Source: Chrysomallon squamiferum (lineage: Eukaryota > Animalia > Mollusca). From it: 64,000 nt of DNA. Of this stretch, positions 10,816 through 24,588 are shown one piece after another. The number at the start of each line of letters is the position of its first letter. Within the stretch, counting starts at the first letter, position 1. The notes below the pieces were generated by a model. It made no database searches. It saw only the letters and a program-made list of their open reading frames with translations, and was not told the origin of the DNA. The translations under genes and the position numbers were made by a program. The DNA lies in NCBI GenBank assembly GCA_012295275.1, contig CM022674.1, forward strand, positions 248,001 to 312,000, read 5' to 3'.

Positions 10816-11707
10816 AACCCTTCGTTTACCCAGAGATCGGAGACCAATCAGTAACTGTGACTCGTAAAACACTGAGACAAATGCAGAAAATGCCTCATAC
10901 CGAAATTGACGATGTGTTTTTGTTGATTTTTTATTTTTTATTTTTTTTTATACAAAGATTTTATTTTTGAAAAAAACCCCAATATATATATAAATCCCTA
11001 TTCCGATAGCAAAATTAGCCACTGAATTTCGAAATACTCTCTCTTGCCTGGTAAAGACGAGAAAACGAAAATTAAATCATAAAAAGTTATGATTACTGAA
11101 AAAGATGCTAAGCGGACCCCAGACGCTTCGCCCAATTATTGTTCCAAATGTTTTTGCCTTATTTCAAAAAAAGTATAGTTTTTCTACACGTGGTAGCCAC
11201 AAGTTATTATTATCATTTTTTTTTTTTTTTTTTTAAAACACCTGTTTAATGTTCATACCACGTGAAATCCATGTGTTATTTTTCTTTTTGAACAAAGATT
11301 TTGAATTCTGTCCATTGTGCTTGATATTTGGTTTTTCTGTCCGTTTTACTTTATGTTTACGTACCGTCCTGTAATGGAAATCTGTCCGTTTCATATCTGA
11401 CATTTGTATTGTGTTCGTTTGATATTTGGATTATAGGTTTTTAAAAACCGTTGAGGAGAATAAATATTAAATTCATTGCTGTTGTTTGACTGGTGTAAAT
11501 TAACTACAGTGGCTGAGTCAAATAAATGCCGGCAGATTCGTCAGGCTGTTCATTAAATGTTTCTGAATTCCCGCTTAGTCTTGCATTTTGGATTGAAATA
11601 TTGCTTCTTTTTGTTCTGGACACAGATGAGCACGTTAGATATAGAGGATCAGATTTTCTTAGTACTCACTCTGTGCTCGTTCCTAATCTAACCTTGTTCG
11701 ACTATTC

Positions 11708-11743
<36 letters not shown>

Positions 11744-12001
11744 ACGGAAATATATATATACGGAGCACAGAGAAATTATAAATCACTGATCAATAAAAAT
11801 TAGAAACAATTCAGCTAATGTCGTTATGATTACGTTGACTGATACAAAAACCTATACTGGCTGAGTCCACAATCGAGCGGTTTAATAATTAACACGTTCC
11901 AACAATGTGTAATGAGTCAGAATAAATACCAATATGCTTTTAGTAATTTCTGAAAAAAGTATCAGTTTTTTAAACATGATAATAATAAGATTAGAAACCG
12001 C

Positions 12002-12054
<53 letters not shown>

Positions 12055-12083
12055 TAGTAATAATATAATAATTATTATTATTA

Positions 12084-12679
12084 CAGGGGTCCTCAACCTA
12101 CATCGTCCTCGACCTGAACCGTTTCGACTTTACGGCGGTAATCCCATAAATAACTTCAAAAATAAATTTCGACTTGAAGCAGCGCGACATAAAATCCAAA
12201 CGTCGCGGGCGACGTAAGTTTTCGAGCGCGACTGGAGAATGCGTCGTCACGCGACGTTTGTTTGCGAGCGCGACTGGAGAATGCGTCGTAACGCGACGTT
12301 TGTTTGCGAGCGCGACTGGAGAATGCGTCGTAACGCGACGTTTGTTTGCGAGCGCGACTGGAGAATGCGTCGTAACGCGACGTTTGTTTGGGAGAGGTAG
12401 CGTCGCTTGGGTCGTAGCACACGCGCTTTGTGCACCGCGTTCTTTGTTGTTGTTGTTTTTTATTACTGTTTCAGTTTAGTCATTCTTGTGTACTATAATA
12501 GTGTTCTAACTTTCATTTTCCTACGTCGTAGCTCTATTTCTTGATATATATTTACACACGACTTTAGGATGTTTCAGGTTAGGTAAGTGAAATAGGCTAT
12601 GTTAATTCCGACTTGCATCGAAAATCGCCTTACTTCAGTTCATAGGAACAGATCTCCGACGTAACTTCTGGAACCCATG
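12084..12679. mobile_element. Non-autonomous Tigger/pogo-like DNA transposon (MITE), degenerate
   Basis: Left end TA|CAGGGGTCCTCAACCTACATCG and right end CGACGTAACTTCTGGAACCCATG|TG form an imperfect inverted repeat (about 16 of 23 positions). Subterminal TCGACTT-like motifs occur near both ends, as in Tigger-family MITEs. Inserted within an (ATT)n tract. Confidence 0.65.
12219..12390. repeat. 42-bp CpG-rich tandem repeat, 4 copies, inside the MITE
   Basis: Unit TTTGCGAGCGCGACTGGAGAATGCGTCGTAACGCGACGTTTG at 12219, 12261, 12303 and 12345, with a degenerate proto-unit at ~12175-12218. Confidence 0.95.
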
Positions 12680-12684
12680 TGTTG

Positions 12685-12773
<89 letters not shown>

Positions 12774-12816
12774 GTTGTTGTTATTGTTGTTATTAATGAT
12801 GATGGTGGTAATGATA

Positions 12817-13426
12817 ATGTACGCTGAAGGAAGCGAACCTTGTTTTGGTGTTGGACGTGCAAAGCTTTGTCTGCAGTCTGCTGCTAAGATAAAGAAAGAT
12901 ACCGTCATTTCATCCCTGTTTATAACGACGGATCACGGAATGGGAATTCTGTGGCATGTGTTACAGTTTTTCTGCAGATATAACCGGTTTCATTTTCATT
13001 GCCAAAATTCTTGCATTTCTTAAAGCCGTTGCAGAAATTAAACATTCCTTTGCATCCAAACACATTATTTTCACAGATCACGTTCACGCGAAGCTGAAAT
13101 GTCCCCTTAACTGGGTTGGCGAAACGAAAGTGTGTAATTTTATCTAATGCCTATAAAGATATATTTTTAAGTTGGGTAACTGGCCATGGTGGCAACAGGG
13201 TCTATGAAAAGGAAGATTCCGCAGCCAAATTTACTTTATATATATTTTGGAATCGTGCGGTCACGGACAGACTTTATTCTGTCAATCAGTACTGTGAGAG
13301 TGGCAGTCCTCCAGCAGAATTTTTATATATAATGTAATCACTATATTGCTGTATTTACCTTTGGTATGACACCCAGTATCCATTAAGCGATATTTTTGTG
13401 TTAAGGTGTCCTTAAATATTCATTCA
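12817..13426 (+). mobile_element. Decayed 3' end of an RNase H-encoding non-LTR retrotransposon (I/Nimb-like clade)
   Basis: Across frameshifts it reads IPVYNDGSRNGNSVACVTVF (12912 on), IFIAKILAFLKAVAEIKHSFASKHIIFTD and DIFLSWVTGHGGNRVYEKEDSAAK. These match RNase H motifs YTDGS, IFTAE..AI..AL, IFTDS and WVPxHxGIxGNExADxxAK in the correct order. WNRAVTDRLYSV follows, then a tail ending GGTGTCCTTAAATATTCATTCA. Confidence 0.85.
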
Positions 13427-14226
13427 GGGAAAGGTTTGTTACCGTATTTAACCGAATAAAGGTCAATTTATTTTATTTCGTTTTGCCTAAATTCAGTATA
13501 AAAGGTTGGGGGCTGTTAACTATATAAGTACATTAAAAGAGCATTTGTACATATACATGTACAAAAGATAATAAATCATGTATATTTCAGTAAGTTAATT
13601 CTATATCATTTTTCATTTGACTTTTGATGAGTAAATAATAAATAACAAAATAGATAAAAATAATAAATACAATCTTCTAAAGTTTGTATATACGAACAGC
13701 CGTCATTTTTGTACCATTGATAAAAACCAGTCATACAAGCTCTTTCTCTGTTTGTTTTCTTTTTTCTTCTTCGTGTTTTTGCCCGTTTCTTTCTCATTCA
13801 GAATGTCGAATATACTTAGGAAATAAGAACATTTGTAACACATATACACTTTAATCTTTATCTTATTACCCTCAAATGATTTTTTTAATCTGTTCCATTC
13901 GCATAAAGCAAATGTTTTCTGACTTAAACTGCTGTATACACGTTTCACAGGTTGAGAAAGAAAACATTTGTCTTATTAATAAAACATAAAGGTGATGTAT
14001 TGCGTAATGCGTATGATGTACGTGTTACGAAAATATATCGAAATATGTTTCGTTGTTTGGTTTAGGTTGAAATATAAATACTGCAAGTGAAGCTCAATGA
14101 TATTACGTCTTCGTAAATGATTTTTCGTCTTTTTCTTTATCAGCAGTTTCTCATTCATCTTCGTCTTCTTGTTGCTTTCTTGTTCCTCTCTCTGTCTGGC
14201 TGGCTGGTTCAGTCTGTGGTTCTTTT

Positions 14227-14342
<116 letters not shown>

Positions 14343-14978
14343 GATCTCTGTCGCTCTCATTCTGATTGTCTTTATCTTTCTCTTTCTGTCAGTTTATTCA
14401 ACACACAAAGATTCACGCATAATCACACACAGATATTAAAAAGGGGAAATTACACAGCAACACTAAACATGAACAAAGAAGGCATCATAGCTGCACCCTG
14501 GCTAACACTACTCCTTCCATGTTTATTTGTAACATAATCTTCACGCCATCTTGTTTGGGTGGAGGGTTTTTTATGAAAAAAAAAAAAAAAAAAAAAGGTT
14601 TGTAATTTCTTCTGCCTTGTCTGTTGATATTAACTATCTGTTTCAGATTTTCGTGAAACAGCGGAAACTTTTACACTAGCTGAATAATTGTTCCGCCATA
14701 TTAATCTCCGACATGGTCAAAAGTAACTGGAAGCTGAAGTATTATTTTAACACAGACAGCGTGTTCTGTTCTCAGACATATCCAGTATCCTTCATGTGCA
14801 AATCCTGGTCTTATGTAGATATACACATCACATGTATTATGGTTCATGAAGTAAAATATTCTTATTTTTTCTTTCCTATTTTAAATTTGCAACTGGTTTT
14901 AATTTATAAAAGTTTTGTTATATTAGTTTATGTTTTTGTTAATTTGTTTTCTTTACTTTTTTTAACCTGCAAGAATAA

Positions 14979-15009
<31 letters not shown>

Positions 15010-15859
15010 ACTGTTTATGATTAATGAACTAAAAACTGCTTTGTTTTCTTGACTTTCTTTTATTTATTTATTTTTTCTTTTTTGTTCCAGTGTAAAACTT
15101 GAATTCACTTGAGGATAATTATATGGGGGAAAATTTTCAGCTTATAAAATTGAAACGAGTATTTTTCCCCCCTTTTTCCCTTTCATTTTAAACACTTTTT
15201 TCTTTTCTTTTCTTGTTTTCTTTCTTTCTCTATATGTTTATTTGCTTCTTTTTTTTCTAACTTTACTGCATGTAAATATTTCAATATAATGATAGAAAAA
15301 TTACTGTTGTCTTCTAGCCTAAGAAGGTTTGTTAGATTTTAAAGAAGTTTTAAACCAAATGAATAAAATACATGTTATCTTTTTATTATTTGTTTTATTC
15401 CTTTTGTTTTTATGTTCATTCGTTGTTCCCTCTTTCCTTCATAGTAATTCTTTTTTTTTCAAAACTGCGCCTTACTTTCATTCTTTCTTTTTCTCACTGA
15501 TTTTTCTTTCATTCTTCTTTCTTATCTTTCAATTTTTCTTCCACATTTTCTCTTCTATTTTTCATTCTTCTTTCTTACAATCTTTCTTTCCTCCTTTCGA
15601 CAATACGTCTTTCCTTCTTTCTTTTATGTTCTATTTTCTCTTTCTTTATTAATAATTAAGATTTTCCGGTCAGTTACGTTATCAATACTGGAACACACTG
15701 CAAACTGTTTTTCTGTCAACTGTTTGAAGACAGATGCCAAGCTGCGCTGGCGGCCACAGATACTTTAATTGTCAACCCGTAATTAATAAACTCACTGACA
15801 TGAAACCAAATTCAAGTGTTTAAATACTCTACAACAGGCGCATCTGTCCGACCTAGGGG

Positions 15860-15955
15860 TACACAAGTCACGTGACGAAGTTCAAAGTTCAACCCGCACG
15901 TGCTGGACGTGGTTTCTTCAACAATGCCGAACACGTGGTATTGACATGACCCATC
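15860..15955. promoter_or_regulatory. Candidate enhancer: dense cluster of bHLH-zip and nuclear-receptor sites
   Basis: GTCACGTGAC (15867-15876) lies next to a perfect DR1, AGTTCA-A-AGTTCA (15879-15891). Two more CACGTG E-boxes and a TGACCC half-site follow within 65 nt. Confidence 0.4.
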
Positions 15956-16483
15956 GCAGTTCGATCTATTCGTATTACTCGTGTATCTGTTTCCGAAACA
16001 AATATTATGTCGTTTGCATTAATTTAACTGGGTTTTAATTAAATTACAATTCATTTTCGTTTGTTTCTGGATTAGGGCCTCTTATTCTGTTTTTTTTTCT
16101 CCTCCTTTTATTCACTTACTTATTTAATTAATTAATATGAAAATGTAACGTGAGGCTTAAAGCTGTGATAACCACACTGTTGTGCTCGAGCAAACGGGAT
16201 CAGTCCTCCTTGGGTCTCCTATAAGAATATTATACCATTCTAAACAGTACTTTGTAAACATTCACAACAGTTGTCATCTGCTAGTTTCTGTTTTCATGGA
16301 TGTCTCAAAATAGATAGATAGATAGATAGATTGACAGACATACAGAGAGATTAAGAAGACAAACCAGACAAATGTGTATATATATATATAGAAAGGAATT
16401 ATATATACGCAATGAAAAGATTGTTAGACAGACCTATCGATAGAAAGCACATATATATATATTCATTCACACACACACACACA

Positions 16484-16563
<80 letters not shown>

Positions 16564-17190
16564 ACCAGACAGACATCCAAGCAATAATGATTACTCACAC
16601 GACAACTGGAATTATAAAATCTTTTACTCTCACTTTACTAACCTTCGTTCAAAACTTGCAATCGATCTAACATTGTCCGCGGGTTTCAGATAATACACAA
16701 TTCGGATTCGATTCGTTTCGTTTATTTCTAACGCGGAACCGATCGTGCTTTTTCATTTCCGTTCTGCCACTTGCAAAGAGCCGCACTTTTTCATTATTTC
16801 GTTTCAGTTCGTATTCTGGACATGATTTGAATGATTATCCTAAGATAATAGTCGTCTTTACTATGATTTCCATTTTATGTCTGAAAGAATAATATTAATT
16901 CTTTTAAGGATATGGTTTAGAGACCTTTTTTGATCATACGATGATGTCAGAATAAAGAGAAATATTAGTTTCCATTTCTGTTAATATTTTAGAACTGAAA
17001 AAAAAAAAAAAAAAATGTGAAAGAAACAAAATCAGAAGCAAACAAACAAACAAACAAATAAATAAATAAATAAATAAAATGTGAGAAACAAGAACAAACT
17101 GAAATTTGTTGAAATTAGACTCGGTTAATGATGGATGATTTATTAGCTGAAAAATTTTAATTGCATATTAATAGAAAACAGATGGATATG

Positions 17191-17291
<101 letters not shown>

Positions 17292-19223
17292 CACATACAC
17301 TGACACACATACACACACAGGCACACACACACAGACACACACACAGCACTTGAACACTGATACACACATGTACATTTATCTACTTATCCAAGGAAAATCT
17401 AAAACCAAAATACAATATCAATAATTGTTTTTGCATAACTTCGTATCACTTCGCGTTCTCTCGTCAAACGAAAATGTACGAGTGATTCCGATCAGCTTAC
17501 TTTTCTATCCATTTCCTTTTGGTCATTTTCTAATTGACGTATCCAGTAATCAATACACACACTAATTAATTTACCACGGTCAAATACTCAGTTACCCTGC
17601 TAAGCATGAAAATAAAAAAACTAAAAAAACTTTTACATTCATATTTGTACTTTATAGTTTTTATTTTCTTATAACTATAACATCCGATATTGAATTATTC
17701 CTCAAAACATATTGTTATTTTTATCATCGATATTATCGATCATTCCATTAACGCAAACATAAGACAAACATTTTACACCGCAAGTCAATATTAACTTGGT
17801 GGGAATAATTCGTTTCGGGGCAAAAAAGCCGACACAAATTTGACGCAGTTTGTTACCAGCGGACGACAATGACCGATTATGTTTTCTGAACGCTGATTGG
17901 CTAACGGGCTTCGGTGCACTTAAAATCACTTACGCCAGTCGAAAGCGGACAATAGAACTAACAATAACCAATCAATGCGTCATTAGCTCGTATTGGGTTC
18001 TGTTTGGTTTCTGATTTGATTCACCTCCAGTTTGTAATGATATTTGTCGTACTCGTGTTGTGGTTCCGCTCAAGGTGGAAACTCAGGGGCGGATGTAGGG
18101 CGTTGATTCCTGCCCTCACCTATTGTTCGTGAGTTTAAATTGTGTGTGTGTAACGACCGGATACAGGGTGTGGCTACATCACTCCATCCCTTAAGTATGA
18201 GTTTAGTTGTTTGTTTGGTTTGTAATGACTTGTGAAATTTAAAATGTCGGCTGATCATGGTGTGGTTGTACGTACGTACAGAAAACGAGATGGACGGAGA
18301 GGTGGACTTATGATGACAGATGAACTGATATAGATAGATGGACAGACTTAGATAGACAGATAGATAGATAGACAGAGAGACAAACATAGGTAAGTTCGTA
18401 GAGGATCAGAGAGAAATAGACAGACAGATGGAAAAATAGATGTATAGACAGACAGATAGGTAGACAGACGACTAGGTAGACCTAGATAGGTTTATGAATG
18501 GATGGATAAATGAATGGAGACAGATAGACAGACAGATAAACAGACAGACAGACACCCCGACAGCTAGATAGATAATAATAGATCATTTGTATCCTTTGTT
18601 TGTCTAAACTTTATATTTTATTAAGTACGTAACGAAATACCCGGTGCATTTTATTTACAAACATAAATACTCTGCATTATTATCACGAGTAAAAAAGACA
18701 GTAAATACACCTCATTACAAATCCAGGATTGACTGTAACGATTTTCTTAGACGCCACACACCACTTGCCTAAGCTGCAGATGCCAGAACACATCTCACCT
18801 TTTTTTTTATTTCTCCAGTCAGACATCACAACCTATTTGTTTTCGTGGCCATATTGAAACTGATACACTGGCGTCTACTAATACAGCGTAATAACAGCGA
18901 GCGCCAGTGGGGCAAAGGAAGACAAGATTGCCGTATTTATCTGTTCCTCTTTTCTGAATCATCACGTTAAATATTCCATATACATCGAGTAATGATGCTG
19001 CAGTTCGACTACTTCAAACCGCCTAGTGTGAACATGTCTTTGCCTAACAAGGACACTTCACGAGAAGTTTGATACAGAAAGCGAGTGGAAAGCCGCAGAT
19101 ATGCAGTGTTATATAAATACACGTGCTTGTTATTGTTCGCATTCTTTTGTATTAATTACTTTACTTGGATTCGAGATCAAATCTCAGAACATATACAAAT
19201 GAACATTTTATCTAAATAGGTAT

Positions 19224-19328
<105 letters not shown>

Positions 19329-19334
19329 CTCCCT

Positions 19335-19415
<81 letters not shown>

Positions 19416-20520
19416 AATCTCTCATTCCCTCCCTACAGTATAGATATATTATATGATGAAGATGAAAATATATGACAGAATGAAGAACGTAGATATATAT
19501 ATCTTTGTTCCTTCCTTCATTCCTGTCATATCTTTCCCTTTTTCTCATCTTTATCTTCCAGTCTTTCATAGCTCAGCTCTCCTTTCATTTTTTATTGACC
19601 CCAGAATAGATTTAAAAACTATAATTACCTTGATCCGCATTACATCACTGGTGAACGAGGTACAAAGATAATCTTGAAAAGTGCAGAACATAAAATTAAT
19701 TCCTGGGGGGGATGTATTTAATGTTTTAACCTGATAAAATAACATTAAATTAGCCAGACGTCTGTTTCCGAACGAAACAAAATCACAGCTATTTATGTTT
19801 ATTCTTTAACGTACAAGAATTTTTTTCTCCTTCTTTACCTATAACTTTATTTCTCTTTCTTTCCTTTATACATCCGTATAATGATAATACTTACTTATAC
19901 AAAAACTATTACTGCTAGTACTACTACTGCTACAGTACTACTACCACTACTGCTACTACTACCTCTGCTGCTTCTGCTATTACAACCACTATTACTATTA
20001 CTACTAGTACTACTACTACCACTACACTACCACTTTTACTGCTATATAACTATTACTGTCACTACAACTACTGTCATATTATTATTAGTGCTATAAAATT
20101 ACCTCTACCGCTACTTCTACTTCTACTACTACATTACTACTTGTACTACCATTACTGTTACAACTACCACTACTACAAGCACTTCTGCTACATTACTGCA
20201 ACACTACTACGTCTTCTGCTATTAGTATTAATACGACGACAACGACAACTACTATTTCAACCGCTAATTATAACTACAATGCAAATCAACAATGCAAGAA
20301 CATATAACCAGAATAATACAGCATCCATATCTTAAAAAAAAGTTCTCAAGAAAAGTGAGTGTAACACTGAAGAAGTGATTGAATCTAGCTAATGATAAAC
20401 AGACATGCGGAACATTCACATCAGACTTCTCATCATTCAGTTTACACAGGCGTCTTAGCGACTCCAGTGAAAAAACCTCAACACGCTTTTCTCACGTTCA
20501 TTATTACCCGTGTAGTCGTT

Positions 20521-20760
20521 GACATCGAGATAGCGCTGGCTGGGGACTGGGAGGGAGACGTCGAGATAGCGCTGGCTGGGGACTGGGAGGGAGACGTCGA
20601 GATAGCGCTGGCTGGGGACTGGGAGGGAGACGTCAAGATAATGCTGGCAGGGGACTGGGAAGGAGACGTCGAGATAGCGCTGGCTGGGGACTGGGAGGGA
20701 GACGTCGAGATAATGCTGGCAGGGGACTGGGAGGGAGACATCGAGATAGCGCTGGCAGGG
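20521..20760. repeat. 36-bp G-rich minisatellite, ~6.7 copies
   Basis: Unit GACGTCGAGATAGCGCTGGCTGGGGACTGGGAGGGA, with a variant (ATAATGCTGGCAGGGG) in copies 4 and 6. Confidence 0.95.
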
Positions 20761-21311
20761 AGGGGTTGGAGGTTTCCGGGGGGAAGGAACTGACATGCGC
20801 ACGACTGAAGTGTGTTAGTACATGGGTGGAGTTGTTTCGTTCTCTCTCCTAATTAACGTTTTTTCTGGAATTGAAAGAAGAAAATAGTATATAAATAAAT
20901 AGATAAATAAACAAAAAATATAAATATATAAATAAAAAATTAAATAAATAAATAAAAAAATTATATAAATATATAAATAAAAAATTAAACAAATAAATAA
21001 ATATACAAAAATATAAATAAGTAAGTAAATAAAAAATAAATAAATAAACAAACAACAACAGCAACATCTGTTCTAGTAATGCTTCCAATTACTAATTCTG
21101 CTTCTACCATACGTCCTTTACATTCACTACAACCCCTACTGCTGCTATTACAACCCCTACTGCTGCAATTACAACATAATAATAACAACAATTACAAGGA
21201 GGAAAAAGAAGACGAAAGATGATTAAAGAAAGAAAGAAACAATGAAAAAAAAAACATAAAAAAACAACAAACCCCCAGCAAAACAAAACTTAACTAAACT
21301 AACAAACAAAA

Positions 21312-21354
<43 letters not shown>

Positions 21355-21544
21355 ACCACAAACAAGAACGAGAAAATTAAGAAAACAAAAAGAAAGAAAA
21401 CTAAGGAGGAAAAAGAGACTAAAGATAAAGAGAACTCACGTAGATCTGTTACATGAAGATTTCTCAGTCTAAGTGTTGCCTGCTCCTTTAGTTTAAGTCT
21501 CAATCAATCTCAGTCACATCTTAAAAAAAATAAACCAACAACAC

Positions 21545-21616
<72 letters not shown>

Positions 21617-23739
21617 AAAAATAAAAATAAAAATAACAATAATAATTAAGTGAAAAAAAAGAAGAAAAGGAAAAGAGATAAAAACACTAACAGTATAATA
21701 AATAAATAGATAAATAAATAGATAAATAGACAAATGAATAAATAAGAAAGTAAGTAAGAAAGTATGTAAGGAAGTAAATAAATAGATTAAGTAAATAAAT
21801 AAATAAATAGATAAATAAATAAATAAATAAATATATATAAATACATAAATAAATAGATAAATATATAAATAGATAAATAGATAAATAAATAAATAGATAA
21901 ATAGATAAATAAATAAATAAATAATAAATATAAATAGTTAAATAAATAAACAAACAAGAACATACATAAGAACTTAGAAGAAGAAGAAGAAGAAAGAAAA
22001 AACAGAAGACGAATGTCTACTAAACTATTTTCTAGAGCCGGTTTCCTTTCCCTCAGTTAGACGTTATCTTTTCTGTAATCTGGGTCGTTACATTAGAGCC
22101 GTTGTTAAAGTCACAATTTATTATTATTTTCTAAGGATTGTTATTCATCTCTTTTTTTTTTTTTTTTTTTTTTACAGAAGAGTCTAGTGGTGTAGAAGTT
22201 TAAAGTAAACAAATATACAGAAAACTGTACACACGAATACGCACAGATTATGGAATACTAACCTGATGATGCATGGACTTTTAGGATTAGTTAGAACAGG
22301 GCGGATGGATGGATAAGTGGACAGAAGGATGGACAGATGGCTAGATGGATTGATGGGTAGGTTGACGGAGAGAGGGATGTATAAATGGATGTACGAATGA
22401 ATGAACAGAATGTATGAATGGTTGGAGAGGAAAACAGAAGTGCGGGTAAAACAAAAATGTATCTAGATTGAAGAATTAGCTAAACTGCTGATTCGTGAAT
22501 GGCTGGATAGATAGATAGGTGTGTAATAATTAGAAAAAAATCATTGATCAATAACAAATAATAATACAAAATAATTTAAAAAATTAAAAGTAAATAAATA
22601 AATAAATTAAAAAAAATAAAAATAAATATAAATAAATAAGTAAATAAATAAATAAAATGAATAAATTACAAAGAAGTAAGTAAATAAATAAATAAATAAA
22701 AATATTTCAAGGAATAATTATTTAGAAAATGAATTTTAAAAATACTTTCGTTTCTGAATCGTAGATAAAATTAATATTTAGTAGAAAGCAAATGACAACA
22801 GCTGTTTGCTGTTTCCATAAATCTGAACACGGAAACGTTATAGTGACGTCAGCAGTTGTTTTATGACAACAAACATCTTCAGAATTTGTTAAAAACATGA
22901 TTTGGCAAACGTTTCGCAAGTCTGATTTACGGTGGGTTGGAAAGAATTTTATTATTGTTATTATTATATTACAAAGGTATCGTTTTTAAGGAGGTTTAAA
23001 ATGCGCACTTTCTCTTTAGAGACAGATAATCAAGAAAATACGTAAGATTTGTGATGATGTAGATGTGTTTTTGAGCCTGATACCAAGTTTACATTTAGGT
23101 TTTATCACTACGTGTCGATAGAAAAAAAATTAAATATTATTTTAGTTTGCGAAAATAAAGATCGACACTTTTATTTGACGTCACACAATAAACTTTTCTG
23201 TGAAAGAAATTGACGTGTAAACCTCAAACCTCAGCTCTTATTTCATTGGTAAGTAGAGATTAATTAATTATGATAATGAATTTACGATTAAAACGTTAAT
23301 GTGTTTAATTGCTATGTATTTAGCTGTATACTAAGGAAAGTGTGTCGATTCCTCTGTCTATTACCTAACTAGCTAAATAAAAAAATAATTAAAATCGAAT
23401 AAAAACTGTCCCTTCATAATCTGTACCAGACTTGTAACTGTAATCCGGCGATCACTTGGAATCCATTACGTCGCAAATTGACTTAGTAACTGCCACCGAC
23501 TTACAGAAATCATTGTGTGTATGCAACGGATATCAGCGGCATTAGGTTTCAGCAAAAATGTCTCCAAAACTGATTTAATTTACATACAAGACAGACATGT
23601 ACACCCAAGTTAAAAACACGCGTACAGGTGCATGTACAAATAAATAAATAAATAAATAAGTAAATAAATAAATAAATAAATAAGTAAATAAATAAATAAA
23701 TAAATAAATAAATACTGGATGTATGAAAGGACTGTCAAC

Positions 23740-24260
23740 GAAAGTAGGGCGGAGAGAAAGCGCGCGAAGTAAAACTGTACTGCGCGTACATTGCTAGAGT
23801 ACCAAACGACAAAACTAAGGTTATGCACTTAAAAAACCTGTTCCGAATATTTTCATTTTGTCGTAGCTGTTAGGCCAGGAATCTCCGCGCGGTTATAAAT
23901 AAACCACTCGTTTGAAAATTATATTTATGTGACTACTAGACTGGGCCCCAGCCTCGTTGTGGCTGTGACGCGTGCACACTGTTAGCGAAGTGTTCGCTTG
24001 CGGGACAATCCCAACACAGAAGTTTCCAGTTAGCTGCGCGAAGTATCGATCGATCGCTCTTGCTCTGTGCGCGTTCTCTCACGCGCTAAAATTATGTAGT
24101 GCCCGCCTCGATTCTGGGAGCACCACCCGAGTATAAATGACAAAGCTGGGATTAAAACGAGAACAAGAAAGTGAGAGGAGAAGAAGAAGAAGAAAAGTTT
24201 TTGAGAACAGAAGGAGAGAATTTCGCTGGCTGTTATCGTCTGTTGAAACGTTGTTCCACT
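23740..24260 (+). promoter_or_regulatory. CpG-rich putative promoter of the MEGF6-like gene
   Basis: Local CpG/GC island in AT-rich surroundings, 330-850 nt upstream of the start codon. GC box GGGCGG at 23747 and TATAAAT at 23894 and 24132. Confidence 0.55.
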
Positions 24261-24588
24261 TAACAATGTTTATTTGTGACGACTCTTAATAACTGGAATT
24301 TTAAATAAACACGAAACGAAATGAAAGAGTAGCGATATTTTTTTTATTTTTTATTAATATCTCCTGGTTCTTTTTTTTTATTATTATTTCTTTTCATAAA
24401 CTTGGAGGAGTGAAAAAATACAGAGGTAACGAAGCTGAAAGATCAGATATTTCAGATCAAAAAAATATAATTAAAAATCACAGCCGGATTACCACTTAAT
24501 TCTGTGAAGTAATTCTGGATTATAGGATTATGAAGTGTTTATTATCGTCTGGCTTATGACTTGTTGTGTTCTGTCTGATAAAAGGATA

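Noticed and set aside
12084-12099. CAGGGGTCCTCAACCT as a hAT/Charlie TIR
   Set aside because: No matching hAT right end or 8-bp duplication. The TA flank, TCGACTT subterminal motifs and the end at 12679 fit a Tigger/pogo element better.
18084-18192. Harbinger-like MITE starting GGGGCGGATGTAG
   Set aside because: The partner end matches only CTACATC and there is no clear 3-bp duplication.
20392-20802. 133-aa ORF with DVEIALAGDWEG repeats
   Set aside because: In-frame product of a 36-bp minisatellite, open on both strands, with no splice or promoter context.
23052-23082. C/D box snoRNA (GTGATGA...CTGA), also at ~40335-40379
   Set aside because: Boxes are too close together and there are no terminal stems or recognisable rRNA guide sequences.
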